Below, piece by piece: positions 1-12,671 of a stretch of DNA of 64,000 nt. The position numbers and the translations under genes were made by a program. Source of the stretch: Octopus vulgaris (taxonomy: Eukaryota). The DNA lies in the NCBI GenBank assembly GCA_951406725.2, contig OX597822.1, positions 55,614,001 to 55,678,000 on the forward strand. Reading direction: 5' to 3'. A model generated the notes under the pieces. The model saw nothing but the letters and a program-made list of their open reading frames with translations. It made no database searches and was not told the DNA's origin. Positions within the stretch are counted from its first letter, which is position 1; each line of letters begins with the position of its first letter.

Positions 1-81
1 ATGCACATATATATATATATACACACATATAGATACACATTTATATATACACACACATATATGCACATATACACTCATATA

Positions 82-116
<35 letters not shown>

Positions 117-425
117 GTGAGAAAGTTGGTGTGTGAAAGCACGTGGTTGAATATATAGAAAATAGTAAAAAGTGAAAAAGCTACAGAAGACTTGTTTTAG
201 AAGGTTAAAAAATATATATTTGAGTCATTATGTCTGAGGAATGTTATAAATTTTTTTCATACAATGACATAATTTTTGAAGAAAGACCGGTTTCGCGTTC
301 AGCTTTTCAAATTTCTTACATCGTTATGTTTACGTTGAGAAGTGTGAAGGAGAGTGAAAGAGAGTTCCAGATAAGGGGAGGTAATAAGTGATTTCTTCCG
401 GTGTAAGGGAGATAATCGCTTAATA

Positions 426-1105
426 TTACTTGCCTTTCTTTTGGAGTGAGTTTCTCTGTATAAGAATGTTGGAATGGTTAAGTTTGGGCTTGTATTTTTC
501 AATGAAGAATGTTTCCTTGTTTAGTCTAATTTGTGTTGGTGTTCCGATAGCACATTGGTAAAATGGAAAGATTAAAAATTGTGGTAGTAGTTGCTTTGCG
601 CATTTCTCAATGTGCTCACTAAAGGGTATCATTCTGTATTCTGGGAATGCAATGTGTTGTCGATGCAGTGTGCATCTACATCTGAGTGATAGTCCCGTGG
701 ACCCTACGTAGTTTTGGTGGCAGCCCGAGCATTTTATGACATAAATTATGTTTTCAGAGGCACAAGTAAAATCAGATTTGATCTTGAATTTCTGTCCCTC
801 TTTGAAGAGGAATTCTGATCCTTCTAGCAGGTTTGGACATGTTGCACAGTTCGATCTACCACATTTTTTAACTTTTGCATCCGTAATTTCAGAAAGCAAT
901 TTTGCCTTTGTGAGAATCTTTTTAAGTGATTTAGGTTGTTTGTAGCTTTTAATGATTTGGTGTGTGTTTAGAATTTCCTTTAATTTGGGGTCCTTATGAA
1001 GTATTGGTAAATTCTGGGTGATGATGGTGAAGGCTTCTTTGTTTCTGGGGTTGTATGTGGATATGTAAGGTAGTATTTTCGGGGAAGGTGTGTTGTTGTG
1101 TTGAA
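426..1105 (-). pseudogene. PLE linker plus GIY-YIG endonuclease C-terminus (5' truncated)
   Basis: ORF 426-899 has CxxxxCxxC followed by IIYVIKCSGCHQNYVGSTG...KETFFIEKYKPKLN. Confidence 0.85.
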
Positions 1106-1120
1106 CTTTTCAACACAACA

Positions 1121-1526
1121 CCTGCTAGAAGGATCAGAATTCCTCTTCAAAGAGGGACAGAAATTCAAGATCAAATCTAATTTTACTTGTGCCTCTGAAA
1201 ACATAATTTATGTCATAAAATGCTCGGGCTGCCACCAAAACTACGTGGGGTCCACGGGACTATCACTCAGACGTAGATGCACACTGCATCGACAACACAT
1301 TGCATTCCCAGAATACAAAATGATACCCTTTAGTGAGCACATTGAGAAATGCGCAAAGCAACTACTACCACAATTTTTAATCTTTCCATTTTAACCAATG
1401 TGCTATCGGAACACCAACACAAATTAGACTAAACAAGGAAACATTCTTCATTGAAAAATACAAGCCCAAACTTAACCATTCCAACATTCTTATACAGAGA
1501 AACTCACTCCAAAAGAAAGGCAAGTA
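1121..1526 (+). pseudogene. Inverted duplicate of the GIY-YIG domain with a 1-nt frameshift near 1393
   Basis: Same peptide as 426-831. It reads ccattttaaccaatg versus ccattttaccaatg in the other arm. Confidence 0.85.
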
Positions 1527-1788
1527 ATATTAAGCGATTATCTCCCTTACACCGGAAGAAATCACTTATTACCTCCCCTTATCTGGAACTCTCTTTCACT
1601 CTCCTTCACACTTCTCAACGTAAACATAACGATGTAAGAAATTTGAAAAGCTGAACGCGAAACCGGTCTTTCTTAAAAAACTATGTCATCGTATGAAAAA
1701 AATTTATAACATTCTTCAGACATAATGACTCAAATATATATTTTTTAACCTTCTAAAACAAGCCTTCTGTAGCTTTTTCACTTTTTAC

Positions 1789-1841
<53 letters not shown>

Positions 1842-1842
1842 T

Positions 1843-4545
1843 AGGGGAGAATTCACGAAAAAAAAACAAAAGACGAAGACAGGTGGTGTAGAAAACAAAC
1901 AGATGTATTATTATAACGCTCGGGAACTGAAAAAGTCTTTAACGTTTCGAGCCTACGCTCTTCCACACAAAGGAACACAGAAAAAAACAAGGAGAGAAAA
2001 AAATGTGTGTAGCGGCTACCGATCTATCATGGCGAATGCCGGACAGCAGGGTCACACAGGAGAGCTAAGAAGTAGGGGATATAACAAAGCAGTGGTGAAC
2101 CCAAAATGAAGGTGCGCGTGTGTGTAAGAGAGTACGTATGTGCGTGTGAAAGAGGGCTGGTGATCTTGACGTGTGCGTGTGTTTATGTGTAGGTGTGAAA
2201 ATGTGGGGATGGGAATTGGACAGTGCTGGTGTGTGCGTGGTGGTGTGTTGTGATGTGATGTGTAGTGTGGTATGGTGTAGTGTGGTGTGGTGTGATGGTG
2301 CTGGGAGGTGGGGAAAGCACGTGTGGGGTGTGGGTTAGGCTGAGGGTTGGGGTAAGGGTGGGGTATGTAGGTAGGCAGAGGGTGGGGTAGAGGTGGGATA
2401 ATGGGGAAGGCAGAGGGTAGGGGTAGAGGTGAGGTATGTGGGTAGGTAGAGGTGGGGTATTTGGGAGAGGTTGTATGGGATGGGAAGGATAGGGAAGGTG
2501 AGGTAGGAATGTGTAGGGGTGGGGTGGGCTTATGGGGGAGGGTTGATGATGAAGGGGAGGAGGAACGTGGTATGAGAGAAGAGAGAATGAGAGTGGGGGT
2601 GAAGAGAAGTAGGAGTCGGAACAAGAGAGGAGAGGTGGGTGGGTGGAAGTAGGAGGGATGGGGAGAGAGGCAAAGGGAGGAGGTTATATGAAGAGGGGAA
2701 GAGAGATGAGCCCATGTGGCGCAATGGAGCGAAGAGAGAAGATTAATCCCTGTTCACGGCGCAAACGGGATTCCGGATAGCCTCTGTGCATGGACAATCC
2801 GAACACGGACAGGTGTTGCAAAGAGTGACCGGTAGAGCGGAAATGGCGTGAGACCAGGGAGTCATTTCCGAGGCGGACGACTCGGAGGTATTTCGCGAAG
2901 CGGCGTCCCATTTGTCCGATGTACAGAGAATGGCAGAGAGAGCAGGAGATGCAATAGATGATATTAGTAAAAGTGCAGGTGAAGGAGTTGGTGATGCGAT
3001 AGGGTCGATGATGGGTGCCGGTGAGGAGGGTAGTTTTGGAGAGGTAAGGGCAAGTGCAGCAGCGTGGGCGGGAGCAGGAGAACGAGTCAGGCTGGGAGGT
3101 TGGGTTGGGGAAGAAGCTGTGGACCAAGAGGTCTCGTAGGTTGTGGGCTCGTTTGAAGGAGGGGAGGGGTCGGTAAGGGAAGATGTATGAAGTGGACGGG
3201 TCGGACTGGAGATACCGGAAAGCTCGGAGAATGGTGCGTTGGAGAGGTGAGGTGGTAGGTGAGGGGAAAAGGGAGGCGGGAAACTGCAGGGCGTGTTCGG
3301 GGGAAGAGAGCAGAAGCACGGTCCACGGAACGTGCTCTGGCAAGGGCGGTGTGGATAGTGGTGAAGAGATATCCAAGTAGGATGAAGTGGCGAACCCTGA
3401 GTTGAGACTGAGCCTCAGTCATGGTCGTCACTACAAAGCCTGCGTAGACGGAGGAATTGACAATAGAGGATGGAAAGCTTGGTGTGTTTAGGGTGGGAGG
3501 AGGAGAAGTTGAGATATGAGTGTGAGTCTGTGTGTTTGTAGTGGATGAAGGTGGTGAGAGTGGAGTGATGAATGCTGACCGAAATGCAAGGAAGGTGACA
3601 GAGGTGTCAGAGATATTGCATGAGAAGTGGAGGACAGGATGGAAAGATTTGACAAAAGAAAGGAAGGAATCTAGCTGTTCGAGTGAGAGTGAGGTTGCAC
3701 CAATACAGTCGTCAATACAACGGCCATATAGTTCGGGAGTGGGACCAGTGAAGCTTGAGAATATTTGGGCCTCAACATAGCCAACGAACAGGTTCGCAGA
3801 TTAGGGCCCATTCTCGTTCCCATGGCCACTCCCGAGACTTGCTGGTAGAAATCGCCCGCGAACGTGAAGCAGTTGAGTGAAAGGACAAGTTCAGTCAGAC
3901 GAACGAGTGTGGAGGTGTCGGGTTGGAGGTTGGGTTGGAAGTCAAGGAAATGTTTGAGTGCACGCAGTCTCACGTGGTGAATGATCACCTTGTAAAGGCT
4001 CTGGATGTCGAGAGTGAAGAGAAGTTTAGAGGGACCAGACAGAGCTGAACAAACGAAGCGCGTGGTTGATGTCATGGATGTGAGAAGGGAGAGAAGCCAC
4101 TAGGGGCGCAAGGACATGGTCAAGATATTTGGAGATAAGCTCGGTGGGGCAGTTACAGGCGGAGACGATGGGGCGGCCAGGGTTGTTAGGTTTGTGAATT
4201 TTGGAGAGGAAGTAAATGGTGGGGGTGCGGGAGGTGCGGACAATGAGGTTAGAGGTGGTGTGGGGAAGACGGGAGAGAGAGATGAGATCATGGATGGTGG
4301 AGGACACCGGCTGTTGGTAGCTGGGCGTGGGCTCAGAGGGCAGAGGGTAATAGAAGGGGGTGTCTTGAAATTGGCGGAGAGCTTCCGCCTTATAGAGGTC
4401 CGCGCGCCATACTACCACGGCTCCACCCTTGTCGGCCGGTTTTATAATGATGTCAGTGCGGCGTCGGAGAGATCGAAGGGCCGAGAGTTCGGCTGGGGAG
4501 ATGTTAAGACGACAGGGACGCCTGGAAAACTTAAACCGGTCCATA
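1843..4545 (-). mobile_element. Penelope-like retroelement (RT + GIY-YIG, frameshifted) with CA-rich 3' region and HHR-bearing terminal repeat
   Basis: KPADKGGAVVV, KIHKPNNPGRPIVS, GVAMGTRMGP and CIDDC RT motifs (3700-4544); IIYCISCSLCHSLYIGQ GIY-YIG (2684-3376); the element ends at (TA)n. Confidence 0.9.
1937..1972 (-). ncRNA. Degenerate minimal type-I hammerhead motif in PLE terminal repeat
   Basis: Minus strand: CTTT-GTGTGGA-A-GAGC(gtag)GCTC-GAAA-CGTT-AAAG. The core and cleavage triplet deviate from consensus. Confidence 0.5.
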
Positions 4546-5170
4546 GCGGTTTAATCAACATATCCTTCCTGTTTCAAAGACCATAGAATGCGATCTGAGG
4601 AAATTCGCTTGCTATATCTACTGAACGAGCAAGCCATTTAGACGCTGTATTGAGCGTTTCTTTGTTTTCTGTTTTAATGTATCTATATAGTGCGATGTAA
4701 ACGAATGAACATCACAAGTTCTACGTCAACACGTCCTCAATAGATTAGAAGAAAGAACGTAGGAGAAACTATAGGAGAAGGGTGAGAGGCATGATGGTAT
4801 GAAAGGGAGAGGATCACTGTGTCTAAACCCTAAGTTGATGGGTGGTAGTAACGAACACCTGTAAGATGGGAAGTGAGAATAAGATTAACAAATAGGAAAT
4901 GCGAGAGAAAAAACAAAACTGATGATGGTAATGAGGATGATGATGAGGAGAAGCAGGGGGTGGGGAAGATGGGAGCGAGGTATTGAAGTAAGGAATGAAA
5001 TAGAATGGTGGAGTCTAAGTGAAAGGGAAGGAGAGACAGATAGATAAAAAACAGACAGAGATAGAGAAACGGAAAAGTTGTAAGAGATAGTATATTGAAA
5101 AGAAAAAATAGGATAGACGGAAGAACTGAAGAAAATATATAATGATACGTATACATAAACGTATATTGCA

Positions 5171-5216
<46 letters not shown>

Positions 5217-5244
5217 TACATACTCTACAAGGTCAATACATACA

Positions 5245-5355
5245 GGCGCGGCTGTGTGGTAAGTAGCTTGCTTACCAACCACATGGTTCCAAGTTCAGTC
5301 CCACTGCGTGGCCCCTTGGACAAGTGTCTTCTACTATAGCCTCGAGCCGACCTAA
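5245..5355 (+). mobile_element. tRNA-derived SINE family A, 5' fragment
   Basis: ggctgtgtggtaagtagcttgcttaccaaccacatggttcc head shared with many copies in the window. Confidence 0.8.
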
Positions 5356-5820
5356 GCTAACAGAAATTCATAAAAATATAGATATCCCCGAATCGGTTCC
5401 GATTTCTGGATTAATCCAAGAAGGATTCTTCCTCTATCAGCGAGGAACACAAAAGGAAAATAAATGAAGTACTTAGACATACCCACAGAAAAGCAGATGC
5501 AAAGTCATGAATACATTTAAGTACCACAGATATATCCAAATCGAAATACTGTAGCAAAGCTCGGCACAAGTGTAGTCGGTCAGGAAACGCACTCAGGTGG
5601 TTAACCAGTCTCGAAGTGAATGAGAATTAATTTACTTCTAATATAAGGACAAACTTTTATTTAAAACTTATCATGAATTTCTGTTAGCATGCTTTCCTCG
5701 TTTCGGTACGTGGTGTAATAACACAAGGGAAAATATTTTATGTGGTCAGACGATTCAGCGTCTATTTTTCAGCAAATTGGCAAAGAAATTTTTTTCTTTT
5801 TGCCCTTATTTATAATTAAT

Positions 5821-6031
5821 ATGATAGATCGTTAGCTCCTACACGCAATTTTTTCTCTCCTTGTTTCTTTCCTTGTTTCTCTCCTTGTTTTCTTCTGTGT
5901 ATCTTTCTGTCGAAGAGCGTAGGCTCGAAACGTAAAAGACTTTTTCTATTTCTATTCCTGAGCGCTATACTAATACATTTGTTTGTTTATACTCCACCTG
6001 CCTTCGTCTTTTGTTTATTTTCGTAAACTTT

Positions 6032-6034
<3 letters not shown>
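5821..6034 (+). mobile_element. PLE terminal-repeat fragment homologous to 1843-2030 (opposite orientation, diverged)
   Basis: Shares atgatagatcg...gaagagcgtaggctcgaaacgt...cttcgtcttttgttt and ends in (TA)n. Confidence 0.75.
5902..5939 (+). ncRNA. Minimal type-I hammerhead ribozyme motif (variant core)
   Basis: TCTTT-CTGTCGA-A-GAGC(gtag)GCTC-GAAA-CGTA-AAAGA: stem I TCTTT/AAAGA, palindromic stem III ACGT, triplet GUA. Confidence 0.7.
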
Positions 6035-6111
<77 letters not shown>

Positions 6112-6129
6112 CTTACTTGGAAAAGAATA

Positions 6130-6435
6130 CGTAGCGTTCGATCGTATTATAATATAAATACTATATAAATATATGCATATATACATACATATATGTACAT
6201 AACTACATATATATGTATATATACATGCATATATGTATACAGGACATAAAAAAACGTTGAACACAATGAGAAACGAAAACATAAAAACAAAAACATAGAA
6301 AACAAACTTTTTCGAACAACGAAAAAAACAAACAAAGAAACCAGACATGCAACATAAAGAATATTCCTCATCATCAGTTGTCCCTGTTTGATCTACTCCT
6401 CGTTTCACCTTCGAAACGCGGAGTAGATAAAACAA
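6130..6435 (-). repeat. Dispersed repeat also at 33580-33757 and 33790-34130, ending here in a hairpin (6385-6434)
   Basis: Shared acaggacataaaaaaacg...tcagttgtccctgttt sequence. Confidence 0.7.
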
Positions 6436-6937
6436 ATAAAACTAAGCATTAAAAGTACCCCCCACCCCCCACCAAAAAAAAAAGAACGAAGAAAATTAAA
6501 CTTATGTAGGCGTCCTCATCCGAAACTACATCTTAATAATTTCTTAATAATAACTGCATGATGCGTAAATATATTGATGTTGCTCCAAACCATTTTGTCT
6601 GTTCTGATTTGTGAATGAAGAGTGTATACCTTGTTACATGTGTAAGTGGGATGACTTGAACGTAAGTACCAGTGATTATAAAAGAAGACCAGTGATGATG
6701 CGTGGTTTGTGGGGTTCCCCATGTCCATTTCCACTCTTTCATTATCCATACGCTATTTTGACCCCCATGATTTGTCTGTCTTGTATTGTTCCTTCTGTGT
6801 CTTAGCCTTTTATAGTGAATAAAAAAAAGAAAATGTATATACGAGGTTGCGAGGGTGAATAATACTATTTATCTGGTTTAAAGATATATATCAACCATTG
6901 CGTGTGGGCCCCCTTAGTCTCCTGGCCATCAATATTT

Positions 6938-8278
6938 GGATCTGTTCAGTTTGGCTCACAGGATTTTTAAATAAATTTTTTTAACTAAACAGTTTGAAAA
7001 TTCGTATACTGGTGTAATTTCTCACATAGAACACTGTTTACTGTGAACATTTTTGGCAAAATTTCATATTTTAGAAGTTATTTCGTGTTAAAGTTGTCGT
7101 GTTTGGGTAACTTTAACTAATCAACGACGTGTATTCAGTTGAAGAAAGCCACTGTTGTTTGCGATAGTAATCGAAGAGGAACAACCGCCGGGTCATCTCT
7201 ACTAAATGTCATCACTCTGTTCTATTTCATTTTTTATTTACTGCCTGTGTTGCATATTACACGCCCTTTTTTTGGGGGGGGGGGTTCTTTTTTGGTTCTC
7301 GCGTCGGAGTAACCAGTAAACATCGAAGAATCAACACCAAAAAGAAAGAATTATTATTTACATATATTTATTCGCTTGCCCGACATCGGTATTTAATCCG
7401 CAAGGCCGAATTTTAGGGGAAATTTTGGTTTTGTCCACACATAAAGCACACCGGTGTTTAAAAGACCTATAGAGCTACGGGTCTGCAGCTAGCTTTTGTG
7501 CTGTTGACGTGTATGTAGTTTCAAAAAGCGCCATTTTACAACTCTGAGATGTATTGTTATTGTTATGATTTTATCTTATTATAATCAACAGCAAACACAT
7601 TTCGTCAATATAAAAGTCTTTATTAGATTAAAAATAACATTATCAAAATATGAATGCAGAACAAACAAATACGCTTTGTTTTCTTCCAGGCACCAATGTA
7701 CTGTAGCCGTAGTCTTTCACACTGTTCACCAATCGACATTTTCTCTGAAAAAATCAGCGAAATCAGTCGACTCCATACACAAATTATTTTCCTCCTGAAA
7801 CATAAAAAAAGTACACATGTTAGGCACACCTTTCTATAAGCCGCACACTAAATTTTCCAGGTAAAAAAATTGCGGCTTATACACAGGAAAATACGGTAGT
7901 TGTAGTGACAGTGACAAGTTCGCTCGCTGGTTGGTAGCTGATAGTGGAGAAGTGGCTGTCTGCTAGTAGAAACGGAAAGAGTAAGAAATGTACGAGAACA
8001 GAGTGGTGACATTTAGTAGAGATGCCCGGGAATTGTTCCTCTTCGATTACTATCTCAAACAGCAGTAGCTTTCTTCAACTAAATATACGTCATTGATTGG
8101 TTAAAATTACCCAAATATGACAACTTTAACACGAAATAACTTCTAAAATACAAAATTTTGCCAAAAATGTTCAAAGTAAACCGTATTCTACGTGAGAAAT
8201 TACACTGGTATACGAAGTTTCAAACTGTTTAGTTAGAAAAATTACCTTAAAAATCTGTGAGCCAAACTGTACAGATCC
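6938..8278. mobile_element. Merlin-type non-autonomous DNA transposon with long (~290 bp) imperfect TIRs
   Basis: Termini GGATCTG...CAGATCC; 8-bp TSD CAATATTT at 6930-6937 and 8279-8286. Confidence 0.8.
7835..7898. mobile_element. Nested terminus of a probable Tc1/pogo-type MITE
   Basis: tataagccgca...tgcggcttata hairpin followed by ggaaaatacggTA. Confidence 0.45.
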
Positions 8279-8347
8279 CAATATTTTAGACCCAGTCCGC
8301 CACTGTATTCACACACACACACACACACACACGCGCGCGCGCACGCA

Positions 8348-8379
<32 letters not shown>

Positions 8380-8414
8380 CACACACACACGCGCGCACGC
8401 ACGCACGCACGCAC

Positions 8415-8453
<39 letters not shown>

Positions 8454-8614
8454 GGTGCAGGAGTGGCTGTGTGGTAAGTAGCTTGCTTAACAACCACATG
8501 GTTCCGTGTTCAGTCCCACTGCGTGGTACATTGGGTAAGTGTCTTCTACGATAGCCTCGAGCCGGCCAAAGCCTTGTGAGTAGATTTGGTAGACGGAAAC
8601 TGAAAGAAGCCTGT

Positions 8615-8710
<96 letters not shown>

Positions 8711-8905
8711 TGTGTGTGTGTGTGTGTGCATGTGTTTGTCTCCCCAACATCGTTTGACAACCGATGCTGGTGTGTTTATGTCGCTGTAACTTAGCGGTTT
8801 GGCAAAAAAGACAGATAGAATAAGTACTAGTCTTACAAAGAATAAGTCCTGGGGTCAAAGGCGGTTCTCTAGCATGGCCGCAGTCAAATGAAACGAGTAA
8901 AGAAT
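8454..8905 (+). mobile_element. SINE family A, full length with internal (TA)n(TG)n
   Basis: tRNA-like head, conserved body and gcatggccgcagtcaaatga tail. Confidence 0.85.
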
Positions 8906-8956
8906 ATATATACATATATACACACTCACTCACATATTTATATATACATATCCCAC

Positions 8957-9012
<56 letters not shown>

Positions 9013-9017
9013 GTAGG

Positions 9018-9091
<74 letters not shown>

Positions 9092-9092
9092 T
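8957..9092. repeat. (ATCT)n followed by inverted (AGAT)n tetranucleotide tract
   Basis: Directly visible. Confidence 0.95.
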
Positions 9093-9659
9093 GTGTATAT
9101 ATATATATTTATATATATATATGTATAGTGAGAGAGAGGATGGGCAGAGAGGGAAACAGTGTGATGAGGAAAAGCGAGGGAGTTAAAGGGAATGAGGAAG
9201 AAAGGGTGTTAGTTAAAGTTCAAGTGGGAAAGAAAATTGCCAAGGTCAACTGGGTATGAAAAACAATCTTAGACACATAGTGACCCACTAAGGCAGGGCA
9301 TGTAACAGTAACTAAGACACAGAACCACCTAGTAAATAGAACAGACAAATATACACTAAGGTAGAATTAGAGCCATGCAGTAAGACAGGCAATCATACAA
9401 TAAGAGATAAACAGAGTTGTGTCTCACATATGTAATGTGAGCTAAAAACTTCAAACTAACTGGCATCTTTCATTGCCTTTGTGGGCAAATGAAATCTTGC
9501 AATACAAATTCATAAACGAAAAATATAATCTTTTTTAATCTCTTCCTACAGCCAGTATTTTTTCAAGCTTTTTTTGCATTGATGTAGTTTCACATGCTCA
9601 TAATCAATATAGTATTTATTTTCTCTAGAAATTAATTAGAAAAAAATTACAAGTCTTGA

Positions 9660-10055
9660 GTAAGCGTGGCTGCGTGGTAAGAAGCTTGTTTCCCAACCAC
9701 ATGGTTTTGGGTCTAGTCCTACTGCGAAGCACTTTGGGCAAGTGTCTTCTACTATAGCCTTAGGTCGACCAAAGCCTTGTGAGCGGATGTGGTAGACGGA
9801 AACCGAAAGAAGTCCGAGGTATGTATGTAATGTATGTATGTGTCTAAGTGCGCGTCTGTGTTTGTCCCCCCCCACCACTGCTTGACAACCGGAGCTGGTT
9901 TGTTTACGTCCCCGTAAACTAGCAGTTCGGCAAAGAGACCGATATAATAAGTACCGGGCCTAAAGAAAGTACTGGGGGTCGATTCATTCCACTAAAAATT
10001 CTCAGAAGCGGCGCCCAGCATGGCTGCAGTGTAATGACAGATAAAAGTAAAAGAT
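9660..10055 (+). mobile_element. SINE family A copy
   Basis: Homologous to 8454-8905. Confidence 0.8.
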
Positions 10056-10129
10056 AAATCGTTAAATTTATGTCATTTCAGCCAATCGGAAAACCCAATT
10101 GCTGGCATGTTGCAATTATGTTTTCCATG

Positions 10130-10430
10130 AGAACAACGTCAACGTTATCACACTTTGTCTTAAGGGCAGTGATTCTGTTTTTATATTCATGGGGGAAAGA
10201 AATGAGCATAGCGCATTACCAATCTGAAGCACTACGGCCGTTGATTACAGCAATTATTTACGTCAGGTATGCGTAGAGGATCTACTCCGCGACTCATTAA
10301 ATATTGGTGGTCCCGGAAGAATTGTCGAAATTGACAAAGCAAATGTTTTCAAAGCGAAAATAAGATGGAATGTTACCTCAATAATTGGTTATCAGCAGTG
10401 TGTGTCGCGAGTCACGAGAAGTATATCTCT
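10130..10430 (+). pseudogene. Merlin (IS1016/ISXO2-like) transposase relic
   Basis: 10303-10360 translates IGGPGRIVEIDKA...KRK, matching the Merlin IGGxGxxVEIDE motif; upstream reads ILFLYSW. Confidence 0.7.
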
Positions 10431-11529
10431 ATGCTGTAACTTTCTGTGATAGTGACACACTGCATTCGACAATAGATTTAGTTGAGAACAGTAATATATA
10501 ACGGCATGTAGCCAGCATACTCGCACAATCAAGAGATACCATACTACTAATTTCTGCACAACTCGTAAGACGAGATTCATATTCAACAAAAGGAAACCAC
10601 TAAGGCCTGCCTCAAACGAGGAAATAAACGGTGCAGTGACACTTATTCTACACTAGACACATATCTCTGCGAGATATGAGAGAGATGGGATAATAGGTTA
10701 GTCAATAGCATTGATCTCAGTACATGGTGGGTATTTTTTATCGACTGCAGATGCATGAAAGGCATAGTTGACCACGGCTAGATTCGAACTTAGAACGTAA
10801 AGAGCCAGGACAAATACTGCAAGTTTATGCAATTTACTTTCTAATTTCGTTACAAGGTCAGCAATTTTGGAGGAAGTGGTAAGACGATTACACCGACCCC
10901 AAAACTTAACCAGTACTTATTTTATGAACCCTGATGGAATGAAAGGCAGAGTCAGCATCATCGGAATTTGGCTAGTTTATGTAGTATTAAAGCTCTTATC
11001 GAACCAATTTTTTTGTCAAGATTGTTTAAAGTAAAGTCTATTACAGTAAATATTTGTATTTAACAAAAGAGCGTAATGTTCCATATTGTAACTTTATTTT
11101 ATTGTCGGTTCTCAACAGAAATACATAACGGATACGCTAGTATATAATAAATTACATTGGCCTTAATAGAAATTGTGGTTCTGTACTAATATACTTTACA
11201 ACCTTTCGTTTCATCTTTCATTGTTCGGAATTCAAATACCATTTGGGTCAATTTCCTCTTCATCATTCAACGACGAAAAATTACTAGTAACTAGTTTATG
11301 TGAGTTGGCTCAAGTCATTTTTGCAGCTCACACAAAATATAGCCTTTTGCCTGTTTAAAAGAAATGAAAAAAGTCATTATACATTACAATTAGGTTATTT
11401 AATCAAAATATATACATTTATAATAAACTAACTGTGCCCGTGAAAAATTCATGAGAAACATAAAAAATGTAAGCATCTATAAATTGTGAGCTGGTGCCAT
11501 GAGAAATGTTTCTATATTGTTACAGTTAA

Positions 11530-12230
11530 AGGTGGCGAGCTGACAGAATCGTTAGCACGCCGGGCGAAATGCGTAGCCGTATTTTCGTCTGCCGTTAGGT
11601 TCTGAGTTCAAACTCATCCTTTCATCCTTTCGAGGTCGATGTGATCGACTTAATCCGTTTGTCTGTCCTTGTTTATCCTCTATGTGTTTAGCCCCTTGTG
11701 GGTAGTAAAGAAACAGGTATTTCGTCTGCCGCTACGTTCTGAGTTCAAATTCCGCCGAAGTCGACTTTACCTTTCATCCTTTCGGGGTCGATAAATTAAG
11801 TACCAGTTACGCACTGGGGTCGATGTAATCGACTTAATCCGTTTGTCTGTCCTTGCTTGTCCTCTCTGTGTTTAGCCCCTTGTGGGTTGTAAAAAAATAG
11901 GTATTTCGTCTGCCGCTAAGTTCTGAGTTCAAATTCCGCCGAGGTCGACTTTGCCTTTCATCCTTTCGGGGGTCGATTAAATATAATCGACTTGATCCGT
12001 TTGTCTGTCCTTGTTTGTCCCCTCTGTGTTTAACTCCATTGTGGGTAGTAAAGAAATGGGTATTTCATCTGTTTTTACGTTCTGAGTTCAAATTCGGCCG
12101 AGGTCGACTTCGCCTTTCATCCTTTCGGGCTCGATAAATTAAGTACCAGTTGCGTACTGAGGTCAATCTAATCGACCGGCCCCCCTCCCTCAAAACATTT
12201 TATGACTTGTGCCTATAGTAAACAAGTATA
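11530..12230 (+). mobile_element. SINE family B with internal ~180-bp unit repeated about 4 times
   Basis: One head (ggtggcgagctgacagaatcgttagcacgcc) followed by repeated ggtatttcgtctgcc...gtcgactttgcctttcatcctttcggggtcgat...gtaaagaaa units. Confidence 0.85.
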
Positions 12231-12437
12231 TTGCGACAGTTACAGAATATAGAAAGAAGTATAAAACCGATAACTATATAATCCAACCAATATATCTCAG
12301 TTAGTCAAACGTAAACAGAATTGCTATTTAGCCTTAAAATACAGTGAACATATTCAGAGTTTAGTGGTACGGAACGTTTTTCTCGTATTCATTTATTCTT
12401 TTACTTGTTTCAGTCATTTGACGGTTCTCTGTCTCTG

Positions 12438-12671
12438 TTATTTTGAAAATATACTTCTCTTTGGTCCTGGCTCATTTGTTCTATCATTTGCTGATTTCTT
12501 TCCCTCCTTCTTTTCCCTCCTCTGCTTTCTCTCCTCTTGGCTTATTTCGTTTCTTCTCTGTCTCATCCTTGCGCGATTTTGATTCCTTATTTCCTCCCGC
12601 TGTTCCTCGGGCAACCGTTCTCCCCTTCTACGCTGACGATCTCGTACTGCGTCCCTCATGCGATTATTCAT
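12438..12671 (-). pseudogene. Charged R/E-rich peptide resembling a Helitron Rep/helicase N-terminal repeat region
   Basis: RDRQRRRGERLPEEQREEIRNQNRARMRQRR. A Helitron-like end (tgcccgtgaaaaattcatg) lies at ~11435. No catalytic motifs seen. Confidence 0.35.

Larger units (their letters stand above)
114..1795 (-). mobile_element. 5'-truncated Penelope-like element with inverted pseudo-LTR (minus copy 114-1105, inverted copy 1121-1795)
   Basis: 152-831 is the near-exact reverse complement of 1121-1795. Both arms encode a GIY-YIG endonuclease, and both ends abut (TA)n. Confidence 0.9.

Noticed and set aside
11530-12230. Repeat-spacer appearance (CRISPR-like)
   Set aside because: Units are ~180-bp SINE-internal duplications without unique spacers; eukaryotic context and no cas genes.
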